This document shows, one piece after another, positions 8,457 through 19,243 of a DNA stretch of 64,000 bases. The translations under genes were made by a program, and so were the position numbers. The notes under the pieces were generated by a model. It was given only the letters and a program-made list of their open reading frames with translations. It ran no database searches and was not told the DNA's origin. Numbering within the stretch: position 1 is the stretch's first letter; every line of letters starts with the position of its first letter. Source of the stretch: Silvibacterium sp. (lineage in GTDB: Bacteria > Acidobacteriota > Terriglobia > Terriglobales > Acidobacteriaceae); NCBI GenBank assembly GCA_019234945.1, contig JAFAKX010000110.1, positions 9,880 to 73,879 of the forward strand, given 5' to 3'.

Positions 8457-10366
8457 GGCAGAGACCGCCCCAATCCGCGCATGCCCGATCCATGTACGTT
8501 GGGGCCGCGCAGATTCAGCCAGTCTTTCTGGTAGACAAAACTCACCGCGAGCAGCAGCGCTCCCAGCCCCAGGAAACTTACAATCCGGTAACCCTGGCTC
8601 AGCTCGCTCACATCAACAATGAACACCTTGCCGATCGAAATCGCCAGCAAAATCAGCGCCTGCCAGCGCAGGAACGCCGAGCGCCTCCAGAAGCCCAAAG
8701 CTAACTGGATCGCGCCAAAGACCATGAAAAGCGCCGAGTAGGTGAACTGCGCGTACATGTGATACTCGTGCATCACGCGCCAGTCGCCGCTATAACGTAT
8801 GTACCACCAGTAGTTATGGATCTCCCACCCGACCGCAACCAGAATAAGAGCATTCACAATCAACACGGCCACCGCCGCCGTCACCGGCCAGGAAACCGGG
8901 AATTCCGCCTCCGGCTCGTCTCCAGCCTGATAAGCCAATCTGGCGACAAATGCAAACACCGCGATTCCCACGGCAAACGTCCCGAACCTCTGGTTGAAGA
9001 CAATCGTCGTCGAAGCCGGCGGATGAATCGCAATCAGCGCCGTGAGTCCAAGCACCAGAGCCAGCATAGCTAGTCCCCGCACCAGTCTCGACACCGCGCG
9101 CCGCGCCAGCCACAACAGCGCCGCGCCTTCCACCAGCCATCCAATCGTGATCCATCGGCCACGCGCTTTGAGCGGAATAGCAATCGTCAGAAACACCACC
9201 GCGATCGTCAGATGCAGGGCCGACACCACAGCGGGGCTCGCGTGCAGCGCTCCCCCCGTCGGCAGTGGGTTCGGCAGCCGCAGCAGCATCAGGTAAAACG
9301 CCGCGAACGCCACGGCAATCCAGGGATCGGCCCATGCAGCGCCAGTCGACCCGACTAGAGCGTAGAATCCCAGGAATCCGAGCGCCGCGTTGACCAGTGG
9401 CAGCAGCACAAGCGCAATGCCGTTGGCCCACGAAAGCGCCGGTCTATTCTCGTTATTGGCCTCGCCTGCCGCCAACCGCACCAGCCGTGGCGCAAACGCA
9501 AAAATCAAAAAGAACGCCGACAGGAAAAACACTGTTCGCCCGAACTGTGCGTCCGAGTAAAACCGCAGCGCCCAACCCAGAAAGAAAAGAACGGTCCCCG
9601 TGAAAGCCCCGAACAGCAGCCGCGACCATGGACGAAGTACCACCAGCAGCAGCCCGGCCACGTTCAGCACCAGCAGGTAGCTGAATAGCGAGACCTCGTG
9701 ATTCTCGCCATTCGAAACCAGCAGCGGTGTACTGAACCCGCCCACAATCGCATACAGCGCCAGCAACTCGGAATCCTGCAGCCAGCACATGAACCCGTTG
9801 AACGCGGTGACCGCAATCATCGCTGCAAATGCAACCGCGGCTGGGACCAGCGCAAAAAGTTCATACGCGGCCCAAAGCGACAGGTATAGAATCCCGCTGC
9901 CCACCGCCTTCAGCGAATAAGAAAACCCGGCAAACCCACGGCTGCGAAAACGCTCCGACCACGCGATCAGCCCCGCTCCCGCCACGAGCCCAATCACTAC
10001 TCGTCCGCCCGGCCCGATCCAATGATTGTCGACAGCGAGCTTCAGGAACCACGCCATCCCGATGAGCACCGCCAGGATCCCGATGCGGTTGAACCACTGC
10101 GAGCCGATACGGCTCTCCAGTGATCGGTCCTCCTGAGCCTCGCTCGCTGCGGCCTTAAGAAAAACGGGCTCAGGCGCGATCGCAGCGGGCATCGGAGTCG
10201 TGGCTGGCTTGATTTCCGGTGTAGCGGGCGCCTCAGCCTGCACCGCAACCGGCACTTCTTCCTCGAGAACGATACCGTGCTCGCGCAGCGCAGCCTCGAG
10301 GCGCGTCACCCGCGCGCGAAGCTCGGCGATCTGCTGCTCAAACTCGCGCGGAGCATCGGTACCCAT
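8453..10366 (-). CDS. DUF2339 polytopic membrane protein
   Basis: LESRIGSQWFNRIG, KVFIVDVSELSQGYRIVSFLGLG. Confidence 0.85.
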   Translation of the reverse strand: MGTDAPREFEQQIAELRARVTRLEAALREHGIVLEEEVPVAVQAEAPATPEIKPATTPMPAAIAPEPVFLKAAASEAQEDRSLESRIGSQWFNRIGILAVLIGMAWFLKLAVDNHWIGPGGRVVIGLVAGAGLIAWSERFRSRGFAGFSYSLKAVGSGILYLSLWAAYELFALVPAAVAFAAMIAVTAFNGFMCWLQDSELLALYAIVGGFSTPLLVSNGENHEVSLFSYLLVLNVAGLLLVVLRPWSRLLFGAFTGTVLFFLGWALRFYSDAQFGRTVFFLSAFFLIFAFAPRLVRLAAGEANNENRPALSWANGIALVLLPLVNAALGFLGFYALVGSTGAAWADPWIAVAFAAFYLMLLRLPNPLPTGGALHASPAVVSALHLTIAVVFLTIAIPLKARGRWITIGWLVEGAALLWLARRAVSRLVRGLAMLALVLGLTALIAIHPPASTTIVFNQRFGTFAVGIAVFAFVARLAYQAGDEPEAEFPVSWPVTAAVAVLIVNALILVAVGWEIHNYWWYIRYSGDWRVMHEYHMYAQFTYSALFMVFGAIQLALGFWRRSAFLRWQALILLAISIGKVFIVDVSELSQGYRIVSFLGLGALLLAVSFVYQKDWLNLRGPNVHGSGMRGLGRSLP

Positions 10367-10403
10367 CGTTCCCACTCTACCAAGCCGCTTCCACGAAGGC
10401 GCT

Positions 10404-10435
10404 AAAACAAAAGTGGGAGCCGATCAGGCTCCCAC
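10404..10435 (-). terminator. Intrinsic terminator after TonB receptor
   Basis: GTGGGAGCC-N5-GGCTCCCAC with a U-tract on the minus strand. Confidence 0.7.
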
Positions 10436-10463
10436 GAGTCGCATCAGTTGGTTTCGCTTCGTG

Positions 10464-13400
10464 TTAGTAGATCACCTTGAGACCGAACTGAATGATACGC
10501 GGCTCCCAGGTGCTCGAAATCTGTCCGCCGCTGGTCGGCGTGCCGCCAGTGATGTCGGAAATCGGCGCCGTGACCCCGGCTCCCAACACCGAGGACGTTG
10601 TCCCCTGCGTCCCGCTGATCGTATTCGGCAGGTACAGGTTCGTATGGTTGAAGAGGTTGTAGAACTCCGTGCGGAACTGCACCTTCATCCGCTCCAGCGG
10701 AGTATTGAAGGTCTTGTTCAGCGCCAGGTCCGTCTCATAGAACGCTGGCGTCCGACCCGGGTTGCGCGGTGCGTTGCCGAACGGGCTGAGCACATTCCCG
10801 GCCGCATCCTTGATCGGAGGCAGCACGAACGCCGCGTAGTTGATGTAGTTCACGTAGCCGGTATTCGCCGCGCGCGAAGACCGCCCCATCGTGATCTTCT
10901 GGTTCGGCACAATGTTCGGCCGGTACTCGTTCGCGCCCCGATACGTAGCCGAAATCTGCGGTGAAACCGCCTGTGCCGTGTTGGGAGTGTAGGTCAGGTT
11001 GAACGGCGTGCCAGCCTGCGCCGTGTTGATCGCGCTGATCTGCCATCCGCCCAGAAAAGCGTTCTCCACTCCGTTGATATCTCCGAGGAACTTCTTGCCG
11101 TGGCCGACCGGAAGCTCGTAGACCAGGCTCGTTACGTTCGAAACCGGCAGGTTATAGTCCGACTGTGAGTAATCCGCCCTAAGGTTGTTCGCATCCTGAG
11201 GAGACGGCGTGTTGCCTTCGAGCGAAGCGCTGGCATTGTCCAGTGAATGCGACCACGTAAACGAATTCAGCAGTGTCAGCCCCGCCGTGAAGCGCTGTTC
11301 GTACCGTACCTGCAGGGCGTTGTAATTCGACCAGAAGCCGTTGAGCGCCTCGGTGATATCGCTCGGCCAGTTGGCATAGGGCCGCGCAAAGCCGTTCGCC
11401 GGATTCTTCTGGTTGCCGTTCAGAAAGCCCTGCAGCTTGTGGCCATGGTTGCCCACATACGCTATGTCCAGAATCACGTTCTTCGCCAGCTGCTGCTGCA
11501 CGCTCGCAAAGTAGCTCTCAACGTAGCTGTCCCGTGTGTCCTTCGGAACCCATGTGATGTTATCGGTCTTCGGATTGAACGTTGTCACCAGCGTAGAAGG
11601 AAAGCCCTGGTCCGCCGTCACGTAGCAGCCTGTCTGCGGCGATCCTGCGGCGCACTTATTCGTCGTCGTTGGCTTCGACTGCGGCACCGAGACAAACATC
11701 GCCTGCGGCGCATTGATCGCTAGGATATCTCCCGATCCGGCGCGCGTGTAGTGCACGTAACCCATGCCAAACCCGCCGCGAATCACCGTCGTGGATGTTG
11801 GCGCGTAGGCAAATCCCACACGCGGCGCAAAGTCGTTCAGGTCCGGATTCACCAGCGTGCTGCCGTATACCCCGCCCGCATTGACCGGTGTGACGCCATT
11901 CCCAGCCACCGCTCCCGGAGTAATGGTCAGCACCGACTGCGACACCGGATCGAAGTTCGAGATGTAATTGTGCTGTTCCGAGTATGGCGATCCATACTCC
12001 CAGCGGACTCCAAGGTTCAGCGTCAGCTTCGAGTTCACCTTCCAGTCATCCTGCGCGTACACGTTGTCCATCGTCTGGCGCAGGTGGGCGACAAAGTAGT
12101 TGGCCAGCTGATACGTGCTCGTCGTGCCGAAGAGAAAATCCGCCCAGTAGTTATCCGTCACCGCCGTTCCACTTGCGACGCTGTAGCCCCCGCCGTAGCT
12201 GTACGACCCATACAGCGGATTGTTGTCGTTCACCGCCATCCAGATGTGCTCGTATTGATAGCCGAACTTCAGCGAGTGCTTGCCCTTCACCCATGTGAAG
12301 TTCACCTTGGGATCGATCAGCGATGGATCCTGCCACTGCGGATTCGTGCTCTGCCGTCCGAAACCGGTAAAGCCGGAAATTCCCACCGATGGCAGTCCGC
12401 CCGCCACAATCGGATTCGACGGCAGCCCGGGAATCGAAAACGCATTGTCGCCGATCGAGAGCGTAAACTTGCCGGCCTTGGTCCGGGACAGACCAAGCCG
12501 CGCATCGATAATCTTGTTGGCGTCAAACAGATGGTTGTATCCCAGCGCCACCTGCTGATCCAGAATGCGAATCGTGCCGTTCGTCTGGCCGTCCAGCGGC
12601 AGCGGAATCGTGGGGTGGTTGACTCCGGTTTCCTTGCGGTCGCTGATGCGCAGGAACCACGAGCTCTTCGCGTTCTGCTGGTAATCGAGTCTCAGATCGC
12701 CCTTGTCGGAGTTGTCCGTGAAAGGCGCCTGCACTGCATAGTCGTTCGAAGCCAGCCCAGTCGTTGGCAGGCCGGCTATCGGAAGCTGATTCTCAAACCG
12801 CTTGAAGTAGCTGATGATTTGCTGTGACAGGGGATTGATCGCGCCCGCGGGAATCGGCGTATTCGCCGGGTAAATAACACCCGTTAGCGGATTCTTCACC
12901 GGAACTACCAGATTGCCGTTCAGTTCATTCTGCGTGGGCAGGGTCAGCACGCTCAGCGGCCGCATCGTCTGCCGGAACCCCTCGTAATCCAGGAAGAAAA
13001 ACAGCTTGTCGCGCAGAATCGGCCCGCCGAAATTCATTCCGAACTGGTTGCGGTTGAAGGTCGGCTTCTTGAATGTCGTCACGGCGCCTGTGTTGCTCAC
13101 CACATTGGGCTTGAAGAACCCTGCCGCATTCAGGTCCGTGTTGCGCAGGAACTCATATAGCGTCGCATGGTACTGGTTGCTTCCGCTCGCAGAGGCAACA
13201 TTGATCGTTGCTCCCGAAGACCGCCCATACTCGGCGCTCATGTTATTGGTCACCACGCTGAACTGCCCTACGGAGTCCGGCGGAATCGCGATGATCTGGT
13301 TGTCGAATCCCTGGTTGCTCTCGCCGTAAGCATTGTTGTCCATGCCGTCGAGCAGGAAGTTGTTGAACATGCTTCGCTGGCCATTCACGTTGTACGCGCC

Positions 13401-13955
13401 CTGTCGAACCAGGCTGCTGATCGAACTGGTCGTCGCCGCCGTCGGGGCCTGCCGCACCCCCGTAACCAGCTCCAGCAGGTCGGAGTAGTTGCGGCTCACC
13501 AGCGGAAATGCCTCGCTCTGATAATTGGTGATGGTCTGCCCGCGCTGGCTCGAATCCGTCTCGAGTTGCAGGGCCACGTCGCTCACTTCCACCGTCGAGG
13601 ACGTTTGCCCCGGCTTGAGCGTCAGATCAATGCGCTGCCGGTTGCCCACCGAAACCGTGATGTTCTCCGCGACCGCCGTGGCAAAGCCCGGAGCGCTCGC
13701 CTCAATGCGATACACGCCGGCACGAATGGATGGGACTTCATAATCGCCGCTGCCGTTGCTGGTGACGGAATTCTGAATTCCCGTCGCCGTATTCGTAACC
13801 GTAATGCTGGCCCCTGAAACCGCAGCGCCGCTGGAATCGTGGATGGCTCCAACCACACTGCCATCCTCGAACTGCGCCTGCGCGAAGCTGCCGAACAGAA
13901 ATAAGACAAGGCCTGCCCATAGTAAGCTGACAACAAAAACCTGGTTTTTTCGCAT
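10464..13955 (-). CDS. Oar-like TonB-dependent receptor with N-terminal carboxypeptidase-regulatory-like domain
   Basis: NNFLLDGMDNN, SAEYGRSSGA, YAQDDWKV..LTLNLGVRWEY, C-terminal PRIIQFGLKVIY. Confidence 0.93.
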   Translation of the reverse strand: MRKNQVFVVSLLWAGLVLFLFGSFAQAQFEDGSVVGAIHDSSGAAVSGASITVTNTATGIQNSVTSNGSGDYEVPSIRAGVYRIEASAPGFATAVAENITVSVGNRQRIDLTLKPGQTSSTVEVSDVALQLETDSSQRGQTITNYQSEAFPLVSRNYSDLLELVTGVRQAPTAATTSSISSLVRQGAYNVNGQRSMFNNFLLDGMDNNAYGESNQGFDNQIIAIPPDSVGQFSVVTNNMSAEYGRSSGATINVASASGSNQYHATLYEFLRNTDLNAAGFFKPNVVSNTGAVTTFKKPTFNRNQFGMNFGGPILRDKLFFFLDYEGFRQTMRPLSVLTLPTQNELNGNLVVPVKNPLTGVIYPANTPIPAGAINPLSQQIISYFKRFENQLPIAGLPTTGLASNDYAVQAPFTDNSDKGDLRLDYQQNAKSSWFLRISDRKETGVNHPTIPLPLDGQTNGTIRILDQQVALGYNHLFDANKIIDARLGLSRTKAGKFTLSIGDNAFSIPGLPSNPIVAGGLPSVGISGFTGFGRQSTNPQWQDPSLIDPKVNFTWVKGKHSLKFGYQYEHIWMAVNDNNPLYGSYSYGGGYSVASGTAVTDNYWADFLFGTTSTYQLANYFVAHLRQTMDNVYAQDDWKVNSKLTLNLGVRWEYGSPYSEQHNYISNFDPVSQSVLTITPGAVAGNGVTPVNAGGVYGSTLVNPDLNDFAPRVGFAYAPTSTTVIRGGFGMGYVHYTRAGSGDILAINAPQAMFVSVPQSKPTTTNKCAAGSPQTGCYVTADQGFPSTLVTTFNPKTDNITWVPKDTRDSYVESYFASVQQQLAKNVILDIAYVGNHGHKLQGFLNGNQKNPANGFARPYANWPSDITEALNGFWSNYNALQVRYEQRFTAGLTLLNSFTWSHSLDNASASLEGNTPSPQDANNLRADYSQSDYNLPVSNVTSLVYELPVGHGKKFLGDINGVENAFLGGWQISAINTAQAGTPFNLTYTPNTAQAVSPQISATYRGANEYRPNIVPNQKITMGRSSRAANTGYVNYINYAAFVLPPIKDAAGNVLSPFGNAPRNPGRTPAFYETDLALNKTFNTPLERMKVQFRTEFYNLFNHTNLYLPNTISGTQGTTSSVLGAGVTAPISDITGGTPTSGGQISSTWEPRIIQFGLKVIY

Positions 13956-14141
13956 AGGGCCAAGCCTAAAGATTCCATGCAACAAAATGTTGAAATTTCC
14001 GCCAATGCACGGTAAACGTACTTGGTAGAGTGACGAACGGTATGAAAAATCTCGATGAGATAGAGCGCTGCGCCTCGAGTGCTTCTTGAAGAATGCGGGG
14101 AAAAGCAGGGAAATGGATTTAGGAGTTGTCGCGCAAAAAGC

Positions 14142-14879
14142 ATGTCACCTGAGCAAGCAGTACAGGCCCGCACACTCATGGTCATTGACGATGACGAGAT
14201 CAGCCTCTCGCTCATCTCGCTGCTGCTGGAATCCGAAGGCTATAACGTGATCCAGGCCTCAGGCGGCAAACCGGCCCTCGAAACTCTGGCTTCACTATCT
14301 CCCGAGGCACATCCAGACGTACTGCTTGCCGACCTTCGCATGCCGGGGCTCACCGGTGCCGCACTGGCATCCGAGCTTCGCCGCGCCGCACCCAAGTCAA
14401 AACTGCTCGCCATGAGCGCCACACCTGATCCGGCCGAAGGCTACGACGGCTTCCTCAGGAAACCCCTTGACACTGCCGCTTTGCGAGCATTCCTTGACGG
14501 TCACGCCACAACGCCTGAGCTTTCACAAGCAGCAACCGCCAATGAGCCCGTTCTCGACGAGGCTGTCTACCAGAAGATGTCGCGCATGATGTCCCCGGAA
14601 GCACTCCGCGAAATCTACGAGGCATGCCTGAACGACACGCGTGCGCGCCATGCGGAGATGAGGGCTGCCGCAGCCGCCAACGACCTGCTTTTGGTTCGCA
14701 GGATTGCCCATACCCTCAAGGGAAGCGCCGGCATGATCGGTGCCCGAAAGCTTGCCTCCTCGGCTGCCGAAATAGAACTCGGCGTGTACGAGACGGAACA
14801 GGTTTTTAACCTGCTCGCCAATTTATTGTCGTCCTGTGACGAATTACATCGTATTCTGTTGCGAAAGCCAAGATTATGA
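14142..14879 (+). CDS. Receiver + HPt domain phosphorelay protein
   Basis: VIDDD, ADLRMPG, RKP; HPt motif AHTLKGSAG. Confidence 0.85.
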   Translation: MSPEQAVQARTLMVIDDDEISLSLISLLLESEGYNVIQASGGKPALETLASLSPEAHPDVLLADLRMPGLTGAALASELRRAAPKSKLLAMSATPDPAEGYDGFLRKPLDTAALRAFLDGHATTPELSQAATANEPVLDEAVYQKMSRMMSPEALREIYEACLNDTRARHAEMRAAAAANDLLLVRRIAHTLKGSAGMIGARKLASSAAEIELGVYETEQVFNLLANLLSSCDELHRILLRKPRL

Positions 14880-15598
14880 CAATCTCCACGAAACCGGCTA
14901 AGGTTCCAACACCCATGAAGAGCAAGCCGCAGAATACCGCCGTCGTCCGTATCCTGCTCGCCGACGACCACCCCGTCGTCCGCATCGGCGTGCGTAACAT
15001 GCTGCAGTCCGACGAGGCCTTCACCGTCGTTGGCGAGGCAGGAGACGGCGACGAGGCCATCACCCAGACCCTCGAGCTTCTCCCAGACATTCTCCTGCTC
15101 GACCTCTCCATGCCGCGGCTGCCCGGTCTCGAGGCCATGCGCGCCATCATGAGCGGCTCCCCCACCGTCAAGATCGTCCTGCTCACCAGCACCATCACAA
15201 CCCAACAGATCATTGAAGCCCTGCAGATCGGCGCGCGCGGCATCGTTCTCAAGGACGCTCTCACCGACCACCTCACCAGCGCCGTCCGAACCGTTTACTC
15301 CGGCGATTACTGGATCGGCGGACGCCGCGTGGTGAACCTCGTCGGTGCGCTCCACGATCTCATGAAACAGGCCGCCCCACCCGAACGCAAAACGTTTGGA
15401 CTCACCCCGCGTGAGCTGCAGGTCGTCGGATGCATCGTCGAAGGCTGCAGCAATCGCGATATAGCAAAGCAGTTCGGCCTAAGCGAGGAAACCGTAAAGC
15501 GCCATCTCTCGAATACTTTCGACAAGACAGGCGTCTCTACCCGTCTTGAACTGGCGATGTTTGCGATCGCGCACAATTTGGTTGCCCCGCAAAACTGA
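14876..15598 (+). CDS. NarL/LuxR-family response regulator
   Basis: LADDHPVVR, LLDLSMP, LTPRELQV..GCSNRDIA. Confidence 0.93.
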   Translation: MTISTKPAKVPTPMKSKPQNTAVVRILLADDHPVVRIGVRNMLQSDEAFTVVGEAGDGDEAITQTLELLPDILLLDLSMPRLPGLEAMRAIMSGSPTVKIVLLTSTITTQQIIEALQIGARGIVLKDALTDHLTSAVRTVYSGDYWIGGRRVVNLVGALHDLMKQAAPPERKTFGLTPRELQVVGCIVEGCSNRDIAKQFGLSEETVKRHLSNTFDKTGVSTRLELAMFAIAHNLVAPQN

Positions 15599-15757
15599 TT
15601 TTTTCTTTAACCGGCTTCGATAACTCGCACTGCCGCATACAAAAGCCACGCCTCCATTTCCCATCTAACTCCTTTGGCGCCGTTCTCCGTCCAGCCTGGC
15701 GGCTGGGCAGAGATGGTCGCCATGCTTCGCAATTCATTGGGAAGGAGTCAGAGAGAA

Positions 15758-17404
15758 ATGAAACGCGTTGCGTTACCTATTCTCCTCTTCTGCGCATGCG
15801 GCCTGGCGTCTGCGCAGGAGATGAATCCCACGGCCACACAAAAGTGGCCACAAGATCAGCAGAACCAAGATCAGCAGAACCAGGACCAGAACCAGCGGCA
15901 ACAACCCCAGGCCGAATGGCGCAATGGTGTCCCCGTCTACAAAATCACCGTCGTCGGCCGGGACATTCCCGCCGTCAACTACCTCCACCGCAGCGGCCCC
16001 ACGAAGATCGGCTTCGAGGGCACCAGTCTGCTCGCCCGGAGTAAGGGCTCGGCTACCATCGAAAGCCGCCGCGGACGCATGGTCATCAACGCTAAATTCG
16101 AGGGTCTTGTCCCCGCTAACAGCTTCGGCGTCGAATACCTGACCTATGTCCTTTGGGCGATCACGCCGGAAGGCCGCCCTGTCAATCTCGGCGAGGTATT
16201 GCCCAACGGCACAAAGAATGAAATCACCGTCACCACCGATCTCCAGGTGTTCGGCTTGATCGTTACCGCCGAGCCCTACTACGCCGTAACCATGCCCAGC
16301 GATCTTGTGGTGCTCCAGAACTATGCTCTGCGCGACAAGACGGAAGGCATCGTCCAGACCGTCAATGCCCATTACTCGCTCCTGCCGCGCGGCGCCTACT
16401 CGGAGACCGCCGGCCGGCACACCGTTCTAAACCCAATCACTCGTAATGACCAGTCTCCGCTTGAGCTGTACGAGGCCATCAATGCCGTCCAGATCGCTGA
16501 GGCTGCCGGAGCCGGCAAGTACGCTCCCGACACTCTAGCTACCGCAAAGCAGGCCCTCGGCAACGCTCAGGATATGGACCACCACAAGAGCGAGCGTAAA
16601 CAGGAGATCACCTACGCCCGCGCAGCCGTACAGTCCGCCGAAGACGCCCGCATCATGGCCATCCGCAAAATGAAGGCTGAGGACGACGAGCGCCAACGCG
16701 AGGCCGCGCAGCAGGCCAATGAAACGGCGCAGCAGGCCGCTCTTGACGCGCAGCGGGCTGCGGCAGAGCGCGCCCAGGCCGAAGCTCAAGCGGCTCAGGC
16801 TCAGGCCGAAGCCGAGAGGGCCCGTGCTGATCAGGCTACCGCGCAGCAGCGGGCACAGCGGGCTACCGACCAGACCGAACAGATGCGTGAGCGCCTCAAG
16901 GAGCAGTTGAACCAGGTTCTCGCTACTCGCGAAACCGCCCGCGGCCTCATCGTCAACATGTCCGACGTGCTCTTTGCCTTCAACCAGTACAACCTGAAGC
17001 CCGAAGCCCGCGAGAAGCTGGCCAAAGTCTCCGGCATTCTACTGTCCTACCCGAACCTCCAGTTACAGGTGGAGGGTTACACGGACAACATCGGTTCGGA
17101 TGACTACAACCAGAAGCTTTCCGATCAGCGGGCAGATGCGGTCCGCGACTACTTGGTCGCTCAGGGCGTTCCTCAGGCTAGCGTTTCCGCCGCAGGATAC
17201 GGAAAAGCTGACCCCGTAGCCGACAACTCCAGCGCAGCCGGGCGTGCGGAGAACCGTCGCGTCCAACTCGTAGTCTCCGGTAGCTCCATCGGCGTCCGGG
17301 AAAGTGCGCCTTCATCCGGTGGACAGTCCATGAACACGCCTCCGCAGTCGCAGCAGCAGGCGCAGCCGTATGCGACCGGAGTCTCCAACGTTCCCCAGCA
17401 ATAA
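15758..17404 (+). CDS. OmpA/MotB-domain exported protein with coiled coil
   Basis: Signal peptide, QDQQN repeats, VEGYTDNIGSDDYNQKLSDQRA, GRAENRRV. Confidence 0.88.
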   Translation: MKRVALPILLFCACGLASAQEMNPTATQKWPQDQQNQDQQNQDQNQRQQPQAEWRNGVPVYKITVVGRDIPAVNYLHRSGPTKIGFEGTSLLARSKGSATIESRRGRMVINAKFEGLVPANSFGVEYLTYVLWAITPEGRPVNLGEVLPNGTKNEITVTTDLQVFGLIVTAEPYYAVTMPSDLVVLQNYALRDKTEGIVQTVNAHYSLLPRGAYSETAGRHTVLNPITRNDQSPLELYEAINAVQIAEAAGAGKYAPDTLATAKQALGNAQDMDHHKSERKQEITYARAAVQSAEDARIMAIRKMKAEDDERQREAAQQANETAQQAALDAQRAAAERAQAEAQAAQAQAEAERARADQATAQQRAQRATDQTEQMRERLKEQLNQVLATRETARGLIVNMSDVLFAFNQYNLKPEAREKLAKVSGILLSYPNLQLQVEGYTDNIGSDDYNQKLSDQRADAVRDYLVAQGVPQASVSAAGYGKADPVADNSSAAGRAENRRVQLVVSGSSIGVRESAPSSGGQSMNTPPQSQQQAQPYATGVSNVPQQ

Positions 17405-17426
17405 CCGAGCGTCGGAGCTGCATCTG

Positions 17427-17458
17427 AGGGCCGCGCACAAACGCGGCCCTTTTGTTTT
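17427..17458 (+). terminator. Intrinsic terminator
   Basis: AGGGCCGCG-N6-CGCGGCCCT followed by TTTGTTTT. Confidence 0.8.
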
Positions 17459-17525
17459 GAAATCCGCCTGACCCGCTCCTTCATCCAAAATGACAGGAGC
17501 AGAAAAGAGAAACGAAAGGATCCGC

Positions 17526-18419
17526 ATGCAGATTGCGTTTCTTGGACTCGGTAAGATGGGTGTCGCGATCGCGCGCCATCTTATCAATGCCGGTCACAAC
17601 CTCACCGTCTGGAACCGCACTGCCTCGCACGCCGATCCGCTCAGGGCGCTGGGCGCGAGCGTGGCCGGATCGCCTGCCGAGGCTGTCGCAAAGGCGGAAA
17701 TCACTTTCACCATGGTTATGGATGACGCCGCGCTCGAATCCGTCATCTTCGACTCGGGCACGATCAAAGCAATGCGGCCGGATAGCATTCACGTCTCGCT
17801 GAGCACCATCAGCGTGGCGCTCTCCAATCGTCTTACGGACGCTCATCGTGCCGCCAGTACCCACTTCGCGGCAGCGCCGGTCTTCGGACGTCCCAATGTC
17901 GCCGAAGAAGGCCGCCTGTGGACCGTCACCGCGGGCGAGCCTCAAGTCATCGAGAAGATCCGGCCGCTCCTCGATTCGTTCAGTCGCGGCCTGACTGTAG
18001 TCTCAGAAAAGCCGTCGGCCGCCCACGCGCTCAAGCTCGGCGGAAACTTCCTCATCACCGCCATGATCGCGTCGATCGCTGAAAGCCTGATCTTTGCTGA
18101 GGCACTCGGCATCGAGCCGGCGCTGTTCCTCGAGACTGTCAACAACGCGCTCTTCCGATCGCCGTTCTACGAGGCCTACGGCAAAATCATGCTCCACCCG
18201 GCTGACAATCTCGGGGCCACCATCGCCCTCGGAGAAAAAGACCTTCGCCTCTTCCGGGAGGCTGCGGCGGGCAGCGGCATCAAGGCCGAACTGGCCGGCA
18301 TCTTCGAAGCCAATTTCCAGAGGGCCATCGAAGCCGGCATGAAAGATCAGGACTGGGCTGCAGGCTACTATCGTCTTACGCAGAGTATGAGCGCCGTCAC
18401 ATCTGAATCACAAAAGTAA
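17526..18419 (+). CDS. Beta-hydroxyacid dehydrogenase family NAD(P)-dependent oxidoreductase
   Basis: FLGLGKMG, VWNRT, APVFG, LKLGGN. Confidence 0.88.
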   Translation: MQIAFLGLGKMGVAIARHLINAGHNLTVWNRTASHADPLRALGASVAGSPAEAVAKAEITFTMVMDDAALESVIFDSGTIKAMRPDSIHVSLSTISVALSNRLTDAHRAASTHFAAAPVFGRPNVAEEGRLWTVTAGEPQVIEKIRPLLDSFSRGLTVVSEKPSAAHALKLGGNFLITAMIASIAESLIFAEALGIEPALFLETVNNALFRSPFYEAYGKIMLHPADNLGATIALGEKDLRLFREAAAGSGIKAELAGIFEANFQRAIEAGMKDQDWAAGYYRLTQSMSAVTSESQK

Positions 18420-18437
18420 CTGCAAGGAATACCGAAA

Positions 18438-19214
18438 ATGGCAAAACTCAATGGCACGATTGTGTTTATTACCGGCGCAAGTTCAGGCATCGGCAAGGCA
18501 TGCGCCCTTGCCTTCGCCGGCGAAGGAGCGCGGCTACTGCTCGCGGCGCGCAGGCTCTCTCGTCTTGAGGAGATCAAGCCGAAGCTGCTCGAATCCGGAG
18601 CGCCCGATGTGCACAATTTCGCTCTCGACGTTCGCGACCGCGGCGCCGTTGAGAGCGCCATCGCAGCCTTGCCCGCGGACTGGCGGGCAATTGAAATCCT
18701 CGTCAACAACGCAGGCCTCAGCCGCGGCCTCGAAAAGCTCTACCAGGGGAATCCCGACGACTGGGACGAAATGATCGACACTAACGTCAAGGGTCTGTTG
18801 TACGTCACCCGCGCCGTTGTTCCTGGCATGGTCAATCGTGGCCGGGGCCATGTCATCAGCCTGGGATCGACGGCCGGCGAAATCTCTTACCCTAACGGCG
18901 CAGTCTACTGTGGCACCAAGGCTGCTGAGCGCGCCATCAACGACGGCCTGCGGCAGGATGTGCTCGGCACGCCGGTTCGCGTGACCACCGTTGATCCCGG
19001 AATGGTGGAGACCGACTTCAGCCTCGTCCGCTTCCATGGAGACGCCGATCGCGCCGCGAAGGTCTATCAGGGTGTCACGCCACTCACGCCGGAAGACGTC
19101 GCCGATGCCATCGTCTGGTCGGCCACCCGTCCCGCTCACGTCAATATCGCCCGAATTGGGATGACTTCGGTCGATCAGGCAAACTCGTTGCTCTTCAACC
19201 GCAAGCCTCAATGA
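18438..19214 (+). CDS. Short-chain dehydrogenase (YdfG-like)
   Basis: TGASSGIG, NNAG, YCGTK, DPGMVETDFS. Confidence 0.9.
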   Translation: MAKLNGTIVFITGASSGIGKACALAFAGEGARLLLAARRLSRLEEIKPKLLESGAPDVHNFALDVRDRGAVESAIAALPADWRAIEILVNNAGLSRGLEKLYQGNPDDWDEMIDTNVKGLLYVTRAVVPGMVNRGRGHVISLGSTAGEISYPNGAVYCGTKAAERAINDGLRQDVLGTPVRVTTVDPGMVETDFSLVRFHGDADRAAKVYQGVTPLTPEDVADAIVWSATRPAHVNIARIGMTSVDQANSLLFNRKPQ

Positions 19215-19243
19215 GCGGCGAGTGCTATTTGTATCAGTGGCGA

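Noticed and set aside
15851-15895. 15-bp coding repeats (QDQQN; also GMQNG at ~8150-8195 and PTQI at ~56725-56755)
   Set aside because: Ordinary in-frame slippage in linker regions.
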